A stretch of 64,000 nucleotides of DNA from positions 10,664,001-10,728,000 of the forward strand of contig JAQFVV010000003.1 of the NCBI GenBank assembly GCA_028023455.1. The letters are read 5' to 3'. This document shows, piece after piece, positions 26,986-41,400 of the stretch; position 1 is the first letter of the stretch; each line of letters begins with the position of its first letter. This DNA is from Epiperipatus broadwayi (lineage: Eukaryota; Animalia; Onychophora). Below the pieces are notes generated by a model. That model searched no databases. It worked only from the letters and a program-made list of their open reading frames with translations, and was not told where the DNA came from. A program made the translations under genes and the position numbers.

Positions 26986-29900
26986 TGATGTGTCCAGTGG
27001 TGTCCAAGTTATTGCACAGCTGGATTGCAAATTTAAATGGAAAAATTAACACAAATATAATCCCAGGTGCCATGGCAAATTATTATTGATACTCCTATAA
27101 TTATAAACAGTTACTCTAAATGTTTCCAGCTCTTCAACATTCAAAGTTATCATATACGAATACAATGAGTTCAAGGCAGTTGATTTATGTGGGTTCTATG
27201 ACCAGGTACTGTTGTCTCGAGATATTAGTTAAGAGTCCAAAGAAATGTTCTCGGAGAGGCCAGTTGACAAGGCTGACAATAATTGTCAGTGGAAGAAACA
27301 TGTCTGTTCTACATGAGCTACAAGTAGCTAATAATCTTGCCTTTCCACTTCTGGAGAAGATCGCCATTCATGTTTTTGTTTTACTAATCAAATTGGTTGG
27401 AATCCTTTGGTACCATGTGGTAGTAATAATGTTACATTCCAACTTGCATTTTTGTTTAATCAAATTAATCATATGAGTTTTTATCTTTATAATTAATTTC
27501 ACTTTTTTTTTCAGATGATTCTTATCAGGAATTTAATACATGTTTTCCAATGGCATTTAATTAAATAAATACTGTGTCTATTGCGTTTATACATGCACAT
27601 ATTTATTTTACTTTAACATATTCAATCTTTTATGATTTCAGTAAAAATACATGTTTGATAAGATTTTTATTTTAATATACGCGTACTTAGCACACCTCTC
27701 CCCAGTTCGACATTCGTGTTTTACTTTTTTCCTATTTTCTGAACTTAATACATAATAAGTATGGTAGTGGGGAATTTTTCTTTCCAGGTTTGTAGCATTT
27801 TTCTTAGGGACTGCATTGCTGTTGCAGCTTTTCCCAAACATCCATTTGATGTTGTCTTTTTCCTGAAACAGCTGCAGCATTTATTGACTGATTTCATCTT
27901 TCTGCAACTGGCTGGTGTGTTTGCGTAACATACTTCCATCCATCATTCAGATGGACACCACTTGTTTGGTTAAGTGGCATATGATTTCAGCTTATTCCAA
28001 AATCTGACAATTTTGTTTCTAACACATATGCATTCTTTAGATACAAAGTTGTAGTTTGGGACAGGTACTTCATACTCTTCAGGTGATCTACTTTCTGCAA
28101 GCTTGGTCCACAATCTATGATCTAGATTTTTCTGTGGGGTTGATGTCTCAACTTCTTGCAAGGATTTGACTGTGGCTGGAGGTATTTTCACACGCGATTG
28201 ACAGTTTTTATGTTTTCCACTAAATATTACAATATCATTATTTTTTCTCATCGATATTTTGATTCCCAAGTGCTTTAACCAATCATGGCCACTGAGAGGA
28301 TTTATCGGGACATGAATTATATATAATGGCAATTTTAGTTTTTTGCCATTGTCAGACGTAAATGGAGCCTAAATTGCTCCTTTAATCTTTATGGCCTTGT
28401 CATTGATGTCCTGAGCTTTGAAATTTGGTATACATAAGTCTAGGTGGCCGTGTCATATCTGCCATGATGATTTTCCAATCTTTCATGGACAGTAAAGACA
28501 CCTCACTGCTGCTGTCAATTTCTATCAATAAGGTTTTTCAGAAAATTTTCACAGTCATTTCAAATTTCTATGATTGGTCCAAAGACACATTATTAATCAT
28601 CGCAATTTCCTCTTGCTTAAGTTTTGTAGTAAAACACTCTTGGCTGTTATTACTTGTATCATTGTCAAATTTCTTATTTCGGCACATTTTTTCAAATGGC
28701 CAACTTTATTACAGTGTTTACAGCATTGGCCCTTATAAAAACACTCATGTACCATGTGACCTAGTTTTCCATAACAAAAGCACTTAATTTGACTTTTCTT
28801 AATCTCAGTTATTCCACTTTGGTCAGGCACCCTTCTTTCGGGTTTGTTGACTTTGTGGATTTCATAAGAATCGTCCGCTACTTTCATGGCTGCAAATTCT
28901 TTAGCTTGCTGTAACACAATTTCATGAGCTATACCACATTTGATAGCTTTTTTATAATTGATATCCTTGTCTGCCAGTAACTGCTGTCTCAAACTGTCAC
29001 TGTTCAGACCACATAAAAATTGTTCAAGGAGAGCTTCCTCCAAGTATGAGTTGTAGACAGTTTTTTGCAAGTTCATGCAGGGCACTATCACAATCTTGAG
29101 TTTGCTCATTCTTGCCACCTTGTTGGTGATTTCTTAAGTGGAGTCTGGCAATGTGTCTAGACTCATGAGGATTAAAATAGTCAGCCAAATGATCTCTGAA
29201 CTGTTCTAATGTTAATTCTTCTGGGGTTTTAGGTTCACAAAGCCTATTTGCAATTTGGATGATGCTTCTTCCTGTGTAGCACAATAATGTTGCAGTTTTA
29301 ATTTTGTCGTCTCTTATTTTATAAATGACCAGAAGTTTCTCTATTTGTTGGACATTCTGGGGCCACTCACTTGCCTCTCTCATGTCAAATTCAGTTCTTG
29401 TTGGCTGCATTATGACTTAGTCAACTTCAAAAAAATTATCTTTTTTTAAAGTAATTTATCCATTCATGAAAATTTAATTAGATGCCAATGTATTTGGCTG
29501 CCAATGCACTAATTGTTATTACTGACAATTTCGCCATTTGGTGAGGATTAGCCCATTGAGATTCGTAATCAGGACTGTGACTGCACCAGTTGCTGTGTCC
29601 AATGGTGTCCAATTGCACAGCTGGATTGTAAATTTCAATGGAAAAATTAACACTAATATAATCCCAGGCAACACAGCAAATTATTATTGATACTCCTATA
29701 ATTATAAACAGTTATTCTAAATGTTTCCAGCTCTTCAGCATTCGAAGTTATCACATGCAAATACAACGAGTTCAAGGCAGTTGATTTATGTTGGGTTCTA
29801 TGATCAGGTACTGCTGTCTCGACATATTAGTTAAGAATCTGGAGAAATGTTCTCAGAGAGGCTAGTTGGCAAGGCTGACAATAACTGTCAGTGGAAGAAA

Positions 29901-30297
29901 CACATCTGTTCTTCATGGGCTACAAGTAGCTAATAATCTCCTCTTCCCACTTCTGGTGAAGATTGCCATTCACATTTTTGTTTTACTAATCTAATAGATT
30001 GGAATCCTTCAGTCCCATGTGGTAGTAATAATGTTATTACATTCCAACCTGAAATTTTGTTTAATCAAATTAATCATACAAGTTTTTATCTTTATAATTA
30101 ATTTCGCTTCTTTTTTCAGCTGTTTCTTGTCAGAAATTTAATACGTGTTTTCCAATGGCATTTAATTAAATAAATGCTGTGTCCATTGCGTTTATACACG
30201 CACATACTTATTTTACTTTAATATTTTCTGTCTTTTATGATTTCAGTAAAAATACACGTTTGATAAGATTTTTATTTTAATATATGCGTGTTTAGCA
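26986..30297 (-). mobile_element. Internally deleted Ty3/Gypsy LTR retrotransposon (gag and protease; RT, RNase H and most of integrase absent)
   Basis: 707-bp LTRs at 26986-27692 and 29591-30297 with TG...CA ends. PBS TGGTGCAGTCAC 2 nt inside the 5' LTR; PPT GGGGAGAGG next to the 3' LTR; imperfect 5-bp TSD ATTAT/ATTAA. Confidence 0.93.
27880..29410 (-). pseudogene. Decayed gag-protease and integrase C-terminal remnant
   Basis: Gag QFLCGLNSDSLRQQLL; two CCHC knuckles CFCYGKLGHMVHEC and CKHCNKVGHLKKC; protease IEIDSSSEVSLL (DTG degenerate) and LPLYII...LSGHDWLKHLGI; integrase tail CVRN...KWCP...RKHTSQL. Frameshifts and stops are present. Confidence 0.88.
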
Positions 30298-30829
30298 ATT
30301 AACAACTTTTCTCACATTATAAAGAATCAATAACATCTCTTATGCTAAATAGAAATCATAAATTAAATATACTACCTGTATTTCTTTTATTATATTTCCT
30401 TCTCATGAAAACATTCATAACACTTAAACACATTTGAAAAATATATTTCTCATAATTTAAAATTAATTCAAAGTTTTTTTTAAAAAAATGTTCAGAATAT
30501 TTATTTTGCTGCATTCGTTCAAAATATTTGAAAGTGATAAAATTCTATTGCCATTTTGAATTGTAAAATCCTAATAAATAGAAGAAAAACAATTTAATCT
30601 TTATAATTAGTAATTGGTAATGACCTTTAAACATTTTAAGTAATATCCAATACAGTTGAATTTAAATTATTCCAAAGTCACAATTAATCATTTTATCTCC
30701 TAGGTGTGGAATATAGTTATTCACCTCTGAAAAATGGCATTCATAAATTATAGTTTTTGTTAAAATATTTATGAAGACATAATCCATCAGTTAAAATTTA
30801 ATTTTAACAACAACTACCCAAAGTAAAAA

Positions 30830-31000
30830 TGTTTATCCTTACAAAGATGAAATTCATTAGTTAAATTTCATATTAAATGATAATTATAAAATATATTATC
30901 CAGGCAAAGATAGAATTCACTAGTTAAAATTTGTATTTAAAATGATGAATATCCAATAAATAAGTAGTTATCCAGACAAAGACAAAATTCAATAGCATGG
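30830..31000. repeat. Degenerate tandem repeat, about 65-75 bp
   Basis: Three units of the type TTATCC(AG/TT)..CAAAGA...AATTCA.TAG. Confidence 0.65.
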
Positions 31001-32029
31001 GACATGTCATCATTGAACTTTTCCTTGTCTTAAATACCATTTAATGTATCCCATCAAAAATTTGATCATATGAGTTATATCTAAATTTCAGAATAAAATT
31101 TTCTATATTTTTATAAATAAAAAAAAAAAACATAGGTGTTTATCCAAATAAAAATGCACTAATTAAATTCATATTTAACAAATAATTCTTCTATTGTTGA
31201 ATTAGGAAACTTTATCAAAAACTTTTTTGGAGATAAGTGAATAACAGTAGCATTCCCATATAATTTTAAATTTTCAGATCTAAATCCAATTTTTATAGTT
31301 TCATTTGTTTTAAAAGTACATTACAAGATGATAAATGTAGTTAGATGTTCAATTCTCCATTCAGGACAGTTTTGAAAAACATTTGCCATTAAGGCAAATG
31401 TTGATTATATTTTTCTACACCATTGTCATGGTACAGAAAGATGCCAATATGGCTAAATTTAAATTTATATACAATATGGTGCTCTAGCAATAAGTTAATA
31501 AGAAAGACTAAACAATTTTTAATACATACTAGTATTTATAAATTTGTGGCAAGTGATCAATGAGATCATCATCTTCATTTAAAATTCTCTCTCTTTTGAC
31601 TTTATGGAAAAGTTTTACCATAGTTGGCTAGGAGATGAATAAGTAACAAGTAATATTCAAAAGATTTAAAATTTTATAGTGCCAATTTATAGAATAAAAT
31701 CATTTCAATATTATAAAATAATATATTTAAAGTATTTTAGTTTCAAATAACAACTTTATTCACACCTTAAGAAGATACACATGGATATCATTTAACATCT
31801 TTCTTATTATATGTTACATGCTTACAATGTGCAGTGACTCTACAATGAAAACAATAAATAAGAAAACTAATGGTAAAAAAAAAAGATAATTACATAAAAA
31901 TAAGCTACTTAGGAATTATTTGGGTCAATTAGTTAACCACCAAATTCAGAGTTTTAACAATAAATAACAATTAAATGGAAATGACTGGATTATATTAATG
32001 TGACAACTTTTAGACTCCGCATAGGAGTC

Positions 32030-32330
32030 ATTATGTCCAGTTAGTTAATTTTGCCATGACAGTATGATAAGTACCTAAGTGTTTTGATCTTCAGATCTCC
32101 AGTTGGTCCCATGTCTGACTGGCTAACCAGTGCTGGCATACTTTCCAATCGTATTCTTTGGCTTCACCAAGTAACTTGATAAAAAGCTCTTCTGGACTAT
32201 TATTCAATCCATTGTCAAAGACTCTTATTTCGCACTATCCATATAGCAAAATTTATAAAGGTGGCCAGTCTAATTTTACCATAAAGGCCACCCTTTACCA
32301 CCTTTGCAATATTTGTACCTATACACATTA
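32030..32330 (-). mobile_element. L1/Tx1-like LINE ORF2 C-terminal remnant
   Basis: FINFAIWIVRNK then (frameshift) RVFDNGLNNSPEELFIKLL...QTWDQL, fitting the AIWxxRNxxxF C-terminal motif of non-LTR ORF2. Confidence 0.5.
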
Positions 32331-35300
32331 TTACATGAATTAATAAAATTAAAATACATGTTATTATTTTACAACAAATATCCCTATTGTAAAATATAAA
32401 TTAAATGATCTTACTCTAATTAATTTTAAGTTTGCATTATATTTAATATTTTATTACCAATAATAACAATAAATTTACTTAAATAATTTAAAGTTAACAT
32501 AATTCAAGAATTAGAATCATTTGTGCATACACACATATATATTTAAATATAAAGTTAAAACCTCCTATCATAATTTGATATGTTTAAATCATGTATGTAC
32601 AATAATAAAGTTATTTCTATGCTACTACTATTCTTAAATAATTTACCATTATTGTTATTTTATGTCTTTTTATGTTATGTGTATTTCTTTTAAAATTAAA
32701 TTCATGTGTGTGAGGGTTTTATTACTAAATGTGACTTGTGATAAAAAAAATTTGATACATGTATTTGAAAATTTTGTATTTGTAAAATATGACGGAAAGA
32801 TATGTTGGATAAGTTTAATAATTCAATTTATAAGACAATGTTATCGATAATTTAATATCACTTGCATAACATTATATATAACTATAACAACAATAATAGT
32901 AATAATTAACAACATTAGTGATATTGATAAGCTAATATTTTTTTTTAGAAAGTCTGCATAATATTGCTAATTTGAATACATTAAATATGATTACATTTGC
33001 TTTTCTCCCATGGAAAAAAAATTTCTTGGCTTAGACACTTTTATGAACTTGCAATAAAATCAATAAAACATATAATAACATTAGCACTTTAAAATCATCA
33101 ACTTATAAATATTAAATTTAGATTTTATAATAATGAATTATTTTTATGGGAATAGGGCGTACTTTTAATGTGCTTTAATATTCAAAATATATAGTTTATT
33201 AGTATAACAAATCTTTATTCATTTTATTAAATATAAGCTTATTATTTATTTTTATAACTGTAATATTTCTTTTAACTATAAAATTAATAAGTTATTTCTA
33301 TAATATAAAATAAGCACTTATGTTTACTATAAAAGTGGCATAATGTTTAGACCAAGTGTGTCCAATGTGTCAATCGCCAAGAAATTTTAAGGTAATCACA
33401 CAAGGAAAAATAAAATTTTATATAAAAAAGATATCTTTAAAAACTAAAATGTCAAAAAAATTTTTTTTGAAAAACAACCATTAAAATTTAGTCTTTTTTT
33501 TTAAATTTGAATGCGAAATTCAATTTAAAGCTAAAATTTTAAAAACTATAAACTTGTAAAAAACAGTCAAATAATAAAAAATTAAAGAAAATGATCAATA
33601 AATTTACTATCATTTCATTTTGTCATGTCTATTTTGATTATAGCAATACAAAAAAAAATGTTTATTTTTGACATTTTGATTTTTTGAAATAATTTTTAAA
33701 AAGCTTTTTTTCAATTGTGAAAAGTGGTTTCAATACTTAAATTGCATTAATTTAATATTATACAAGTATTTTTATTGATAATTCAGTATGTGAATATAAG
33801 TCCTGCAATATGGAGCATGTATTAGACATGCTATGCCTTTTCACATTCATATGAATCTGCTGAAAACTTTGTAATCTTGTGATCTGACCAAAATAACTTG
33901 TACATGGATCTTGTACATATTTTTCACAAGATTTGCAAAAAAGTAACATGTACATGGATATTGTACATGATATTTTCACAAGATTTAAAAAGTTATCAGC
34001 AGGTTGAATACATATGTGAAAAGAAGTAATATATCTAATATATGCTTCATATTGCAGGACTAAAAATACCATTTTCATACAACTACAAGTATACAATATG
34101 GAGTGGAATTATATATGACTTTCATACCAAAAAGTATAAAATTTAAAACAACAATAGTAAATGGAGTGGAATTTAAATTTATAACAATAATAAAGATATA
34201 TGAATTGAGGCAAGAAAAATATATACGACTTTCACACTGTAAAATTTATAATAATACTAAAGATATGAATTTCACACAAAAAAAGCCGACCCTAAAAAGT
34301 AAATTTTCTCAGCCCAAAAATATGAAAAATACTCTATTATTCTAGTTCCAAAATGTTGCTTTAAATATAGACAAAACAATCACTAAATTATTATTTTTTT
34401 AAATATTATTTACAAAAAAAAAACAAAAACATAAAATATACACATACACTACTTACTGTCTAATATATAACAGAAATTTTCGCATTGAAACAAGCAATTT
34501 GGCATTTACATTTTTGATGCAAAATGAGGTCCCAGACTGAAAAATTCCCCCCCAAAATGAAGTTTTATTGAAAGTATGATTGTGCAGTCTATCAGCTGAA
34601 CAGGATTTTCCACAGAAATGCTAATAAACAAATATTAAAAAAAAAATTCACAAAAATAAAGAAATATAAATTACAACATTCTTATTAACTTTTCATCCTG
34701 GCAGAAAATTTTTTTTATGTAATTCAGTATGCAGATGAATGTGTAATCATTTTTTATGCAATCTATGCAACACATAAATTCAGTGTTGCCTTGATGTCCC
34801 TTGCTGCTGCTTATTTATTATTTTCAATTCTTAATAAAATGGATTTGACACTAATGTCTATAATGGATTCAATCTACTAAGTTATTTTAAGTTTCTTAAT
34901 TTTAGCATTACAACATTTCTAATAATTTTAATGTATTTCATTTTTTTTTCCATTCAGCCTTTGATTAAAAAAGCAGTGGAAAAAATAATACATGATATAT
35001 AATTCTCTAAATCTATTAGATTTTATATAGCTATTAATGGAATTTTAATAAACCTTTTATGAGCTCACTTTTATCCTAAGACATTTTATTTCTTTAATTT
35101 CTTTTTTATACTAAAGTCTCTTTACTTTGCATAAAGTATGGTCTTCTAAACTTGTATCTGGTTTTATGCAAGACATTTTAATTTGCTAATTTTTGTGAAC
35201 AGGACTTTTTCAATTCAACTACAGAATATATTTGCAGTGGTACTTTCTGAATGAGTTGGAATCAAGATTTGAGTCAATCTCCCAGTCTATAAACTTTTCC

Positions 35301-36149
35301 CAATGATTTCATACCAATGGCTATTAGAAAACATGGACTTAACATTTATATTAAAGAACTATTCTATCTTCTCAGGGATTACAAATTCACATACATCACA
35401 TTTCATTTTTAAAAAATAATTTGTGCTAATTTCAAAACTTATTCTATCTTCTAAAAAATACTCATGATTTTATTTTTTAAAAAATATAGAACAGGCATAC
35501 TCATACAAGTAAAAATTGCAATTAACAAAATTTTTTGATACATTTTTATTACTTCTTTCATAAGGAATACAATCTCATTTTGGAAATTTAAATCTTTAGT
35601 GAGGAAAAAGTAAAATGAATTATATTAATTATGTCTACTTGTGCATACCTTGCAAATGCTTTTTGAATTTTTACTGTTCAACTAATCTTGTAAGATCAGT
35701 TATTAAAACCACAAATGGCAAGTGCACTCATTTATTGTTATCAAAAAACTTGATGTAGAAATATATATAGTATTACTAATGGATTCTTTATTACCTTTAT
35801 GTCCAGTAAAATGTGTACCTTTCCTTTTTTTAAAGTGACTGTCACTGAAGAGTATTTTTGTGTCTGTTTACTTTAATATTAATTTTTTTGATAACTTAAC
35901 AGTTAATTCTATTTAATTCCCATATTTTTAATAGTTAAAATCTAGAGTTTATTAGAATCAAAACGTTTCTCATCTTTAATATAAAATTACATCTCATAAC
36001 CTGATCTCTATCTTTTTCTACTGAGTTTTCCATGGAGAAAAAACATGCTTTTATTTTATTTCAATCATATAATTTAATGAATTTGAAAAATTAATTTTTC
36101 TTTCTGCAATAAAGTCATAATGCTAAGATATTGTTGTTATTGTTATTAT

Positions 36150-38420
36150 TATGGGATTCTTTCATTAATTGCAATGTATAGATTGTGTACTAGTTCCATT
36201 ATATCTTTTATTTGTGAACTTGATAATTTATTATATAATTTATATTTATATTCTGCTGTAATTATTGGTAATATAAATATTGATTTATTAATCAGGAACA
36301 TAATTATAAGTGTATATATTTGGATTTAATATATAGTTAACATTTTTAGTCAAGTGAATTTCTCATGCATATAGTGCCATTTTATACATCTATGTTTGAT
36401 CATATTTTTATTAGACTTAATCAGCATAATTACAAATTTGTGCATCCACTACAGATCATTTTGCAAATCTTTTGAAATTTTCTTTAGCTTGTGATAATCC
36501 AGTTGCCTACAGGTATGTAAATAAATTACCATGTTCAATTAAATAATTTATTGTCCATTCAGAACTGGGATTGTATTTTTGACCTGGATAATGTAGACAT
36601 GGCCTTCTTACAATTTCAAAATATTTGTAGTAACTGATAAAGTGGTTTATTGTATTAAATTGACTAATAAAAATAGAAAATGATCTATTTTAGATTAGTT
36701 AATTAAAAAAACTAATTTGAATAATAGTTAATAATGTTCTGCTAATTTGATTGTGCTTTGAAGCATATTAATAAGAAAATTAAATATATTAAATATAGCT
36801 AAAACAAATTACTATAAGGAACTTCTTCATGATAATAATGTCATAGAAATGAAAAACAACTTTTTGATTAAAAAAATCCTCTAAAGATAATAATAACATA
36901 TTAAAAATACATGATAATGAAAAACGTGGCTGATCTCTTTAATAATTTCTTCACATATGTTCCATACATGTCATCTATTAACAATTTGATATTAAATTTA
37001 ATTTAAGACTCTTTTTTGGTTTGGGTATTTCTAACATTCAGTTATCACATTTAATTGGTTTTAAAAATGTTTTTTCTTTGGGCTTAGATAAATTAACATC
37101 ACAAATTCTTAAAGATAATAAGTTTGCTTTTATACCCATAGTTATTTTATCTTCTTTTATCAGCTGGTGCACTTCCTGAATGTTTAAAAGTTGTTTTTTA
37201 CACCCCATCTTGCATTGGTGGTAGAGAGGTCAGTGTGACTGCCTTGCACTTGCAAGCAGTTGCCCGGGTTGCGGGTTTGCGTCCCAGCCAATGCTATGAC
37301 ACTTTTTAAAAAAAGATGATTCATTAAGTATTAGTAATTATAGGCCTATTTCAATCATATCTGTTATTGCTAATTTATTTGAGATAACAATTAATGATAA
37401 GATGATGTCATTCTAGAATATCCATAAAGTGATTTCTGTACACTGGTTTGGTTTTGTTGCTGAGAGGAGTACCTTGAATGATCCTTATAATCATGTACAC
37501 AATTTACATTGTCAATGGATAAAAGTTGGATTTATCCAAAGCATTAGACTCTGTCAATCGTGCAGTTCTTAATACTGATTGTGTTCAAATGTTTTTCAAG
37601 GTTATTTTGCTTCCTGGTTAAAAAATTATCTAAAAGAAAAAAAAAAGTCTAATAAAATACATGGTATTATTAGTGATTTTAGATTCATTAATCATGGAGT
37701 TCTACAGTATTCTGTACATCATCCTATATTATTTTTAATATATATATAAATTAATTTTTAGTTTACCTTTGAATTCAGTATTTTAAGTTTGTGGTAATGA
37801 TATTGCTCTATCTTGTGATGCTGTTTCATATAGTTATTCTTTAATAAGTAATTAATTAGAATCAGGCATTAATTAATGATTGGCATTTACCAAATTGTTT
37901 AATTTTCTATTGTATAATGAGGGATATTGTATTTTTATATAAATACTTTTCATATACATTTAGTATCAGTGTTCATAGTCAATATAAAGTTCATTCCGAT
38001 AGCATGTTGTGATATCATTTTTGTTTATAACTATTGATGTTTAGGTGCTTTCATTGATTCAAAGTTATTCTGGTCAAACCATATTACCTAGATTTACTTT
38101 GATGACCATTTATGTTGCTTGCTATAAAAGTATATCTTATATATAGAAACCCTATTTTCTCTTAGTGAATAAATATTTGTTCAATGATGCCACAACCATT
38201 ATGTTTATGCAAAGTGAAAAAAATCAGTATATGTCTTTTTTAATACAGAGATATAATATATATTTTGCAGTAAAAATTCCCATCCAACTGCAGAAACAGC
38301 CACAAACACCAATTTGTAATTCAATGTTAAGGTGTTCTGTGCTTTCAAGGGTCTGTCAATCACTTAATATAGTTGAGATTAATGACATACTTAACAATGT
38401 TAACAAACTTTTATAAATTA
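36150..38420 (+). mobile_element. Heavily decayed CR1/L2-like LINE (APE and RT)
   Basis: IIGNINIDLL (APE GDFN motif); PIFKKDD...NYRPISIISVIANLFE; FGF...RST; LSKALDSV; degenerate PQGSVLGP and ADD motifs. Interrupted by a SINE at 37212. Confidence 0.75.
37212..37314 (+). mobile_element. tRNA-Gly-derived SINE inserted in the CR1/L2-like LINE
   Basis: Begins GCATTGGTGGT and ends CCCAGCCAATGC like tRNA-Gly; duplicated CTTGCA in the anticodon loop; TATGACAC tail. It splits the LINE coding sequence CCC ATC TT|T AAA AAA GAT. Confidence 0.88.
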
Positions 38421-41400
38421 GCAATACTTAATAAAAAAATATATTTACATTAAATCTTAAAAAATTTGTTAAAGCAACCAGTTAAAAAAATGTTACAAAT
38501 ATTATATTTAATAAAAAAAAATATTACCAAACAATTCTGATATTAATAAATGGTAGCTATTAATAAATCTAAAAAAAAACTTATGATCATGGTAGTTGTG
38601 ACTAACTATCAAAAAAAAAGTTTTTAATTATTTATTCAGAGGATGCTCCAGTAAATATATTTTTGAAGTTGTAAAGATAGCAAATGTAACAAGTATATTT
38701 AAAAATGTAAATTTTAACTTAGCTTTATTAAAATTTGGAAATTTATTTATATAATATTATGTTGAAAAATTGGAAAAAAATTAATTAAATTTTTTAAAAT
38801 AGAGAATGCTCCAGTCAATCTAGATTTGCATCAGAATAGTACATGTGATTTAAACTTTCTTTGTGATTACAGTATATATTTCAATAAAATATAATATAAA
38901 TCTTTATTATATAATAATAACAACTTGTAAATACATTAACATAAAAATTATATATATAAAAGCATTTTTTGGTAATTCTAAATTTTTTTACCCTTGTCAA
39001 TATGATACCTCATACTAATACTAACACGTATATTACGTATATAGTGACATCTACTGACATTTCCTATAATTCATTATTTTTATCATTTTATTTATTTCCC
39101 CTTATATTACTTTCCATTCTTTATCCATTACCCAATCATTCATTAAATCAATTGACTTTTTGTAAATGTTCATACACGTATTTATATTATATTTTATATA
39201 ATTTGTTTCATATATTTTCCTTGTATTCATTTCCTTTGTATAATTTAATGGTCTTATGTTTTTAATACAATCTATTTTATGTCCAAATTTTAAGTAATGA
39301 ACATATAGACATATAAGTTAATGGTGTGGGAATCATAAAAATTTATGATGTAGCTCAAAAACTGAGATGACATAATAAATTAATTTATTACAAGTAATGG
39401 TAAACAATCACTACGATAGTTAAGTATTATCAATTAATTTTAATAATCTGTTGCACAGTTGAACTAATTTGTGTTTTTAAGTAGAGACTTTAACTACATA
39501 CTGCTTTACATTGTATCAGTTAATATTTACAAACAACGGTATGCATTATTTACTAAATAAATTAACAAAAACTTAATTGTTTATATATATTGAAGAAATG
39601 GATCCGGAAGTCTGATTCATGCTGCACAGCCTGCTATAAACTTACCGGTATTATAAACCTGGGTTAAGTTTATATTCAAGTATCAACAGAGTTTTGCATT
39701 AAATAGAACATTAAAGTGTTTCATTTTGTATATTCAACGGTCATTAAATTAGCTATTTACTTTAAAATATTCCTTTAAAGTAAATTCTGATTAAAATTAA
39801 ATCATTTATAAAAATTTCTTTTTCAAAATTTATTAATGAAACATATATGTACGGCAAGCATATATATATGATTAAATGCAAATTTCTGTTGAAACTAAAA
39901 TGTCATTTTATTAAAAGAAATAATAAAATTTTTTTCTTTTAATTTTGTTAAAAATATAAAGTTGTATGATTTTATTTTAAGGTAAGCCCACCAGCAAAGA
40001 TAAGCCTGCCAGCATTCCTAAAGTAATGGCATTTTCAATTAGTATTTCATTCAGAGCAAATTAAAGATGGCCTTTTTAATAAATCAAATTTGAAGTTAAA
40101 AGCATAATTTTATAATAAGAACTTAAAGTTTATTTTTTAGCAAAAAATTACTTTGAAACAAAGGAGCGTGGGGGGGGGGGGCTTAGCAAGATCTAGAATC
40201 ATAAGCAAAACAATAGAAAAGTATCTCTGGAAAGGTATAAAAGATGGGGAGAACAAAGGACTTGATTCATTCAGATTTTGTTCTTTATTCATTGAGATTC
40301 TGTTCTTTCATTCATTCATTCAGATTCTGTTTAAAGATTCATTGAGAAATTCGTCTAAATTTTATTCTAAAATTATTTTATTCAGAGATTGACTCTGAAA
40401 GTTTTTATGAACTTGTTACTGAAGTGATTTTGAAACGTACTTGGCTGCTGCTCGTCAGCTCTTTTGAAGAGTTCTACTACTTACCTCTGCTGCTTCTGTT
40501 ATGGCGACCAAGTCTAATGATCCTCCAAGGTTGCACTGAAAATAAATGCTGAAAACCAGTGTCCTAGTTCTTGCGGAGAATTCCTGTTCTGATTTAAACA
40601 TGCAACCCTTTAAAATTTCTATTAATGTGGTGGACGTGACCATGTACAGTGGCTAAGCTCATCAGCTTTGCCTGCCATCAGGGTCCTAATCCATCAAAAT
40701 GCCATAAAGTGTCAAGTATCTAGTAAAACCGAACTGTGAGCTGTATGTGTGCCCTTCGTGTCAAAATGCTTCCAATTCCAAATCTCTTTGTCTGGACAAA
40801 TAACTCCACATACATAAATCAAGCCAAGGATGTCAAGGGAACTGGACAAACTAAACATGGACTGGTAACTTTTAATGATCTCCTCATGAACTTTTACTTT
40901 CCTTTTCAATATTGTACCTTTCTTTAAATGTTTTCATTAATTTATTATATTTCATAATGTATCTCTTTCTATCTTAATATTATATTTATATTTATTTTAA
41001 CTTTATCATCTCTTTTATGCTTAAATTTTCCCCCTTCGCTATTCCTCATTTTAATGTGACGTATATTTTAGTTTCCTTATGCGGTGTAAATTATATTTCT
41101 TTATTTGAAAATATTTCCAATTTAAAATGAATATTTGTAATTTAATACTAGTTAAGTTTTCTTTCATTTTACCAATTTGATTTCCTCAATAATGCTTACC
41201 TTTGTTCTTATTCTTTCTTACAGTTAAATATTAGAAACCTTTAAATATTTTAAATTATTTGCAGAGCACAAAGCAATGAATCTGCTTTGTGAAATAGTTA
41301 TTTCAATTTTGCTTTATCAAGGGGACACGGGTTGATAAATTGAATTAAATCGGAAAAGTAATACTTTGGCCGCAGAATTATATGTAATTGAAACCGCTTC

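Noticed and set aside
27270-27312. CTGACAA...GAAACATGTC in the LTR, hammerhead-like
   Set aside because: No helix II adjacent to GAAA, and the other LTR lacks the palindrome.
40640-40800. Cys-rich plus-strand stretch resembling a LINE ORF1 zinc knuckle
   Set aside because: His ligands are missing, frames are broken and there is no adjoining ORF2.
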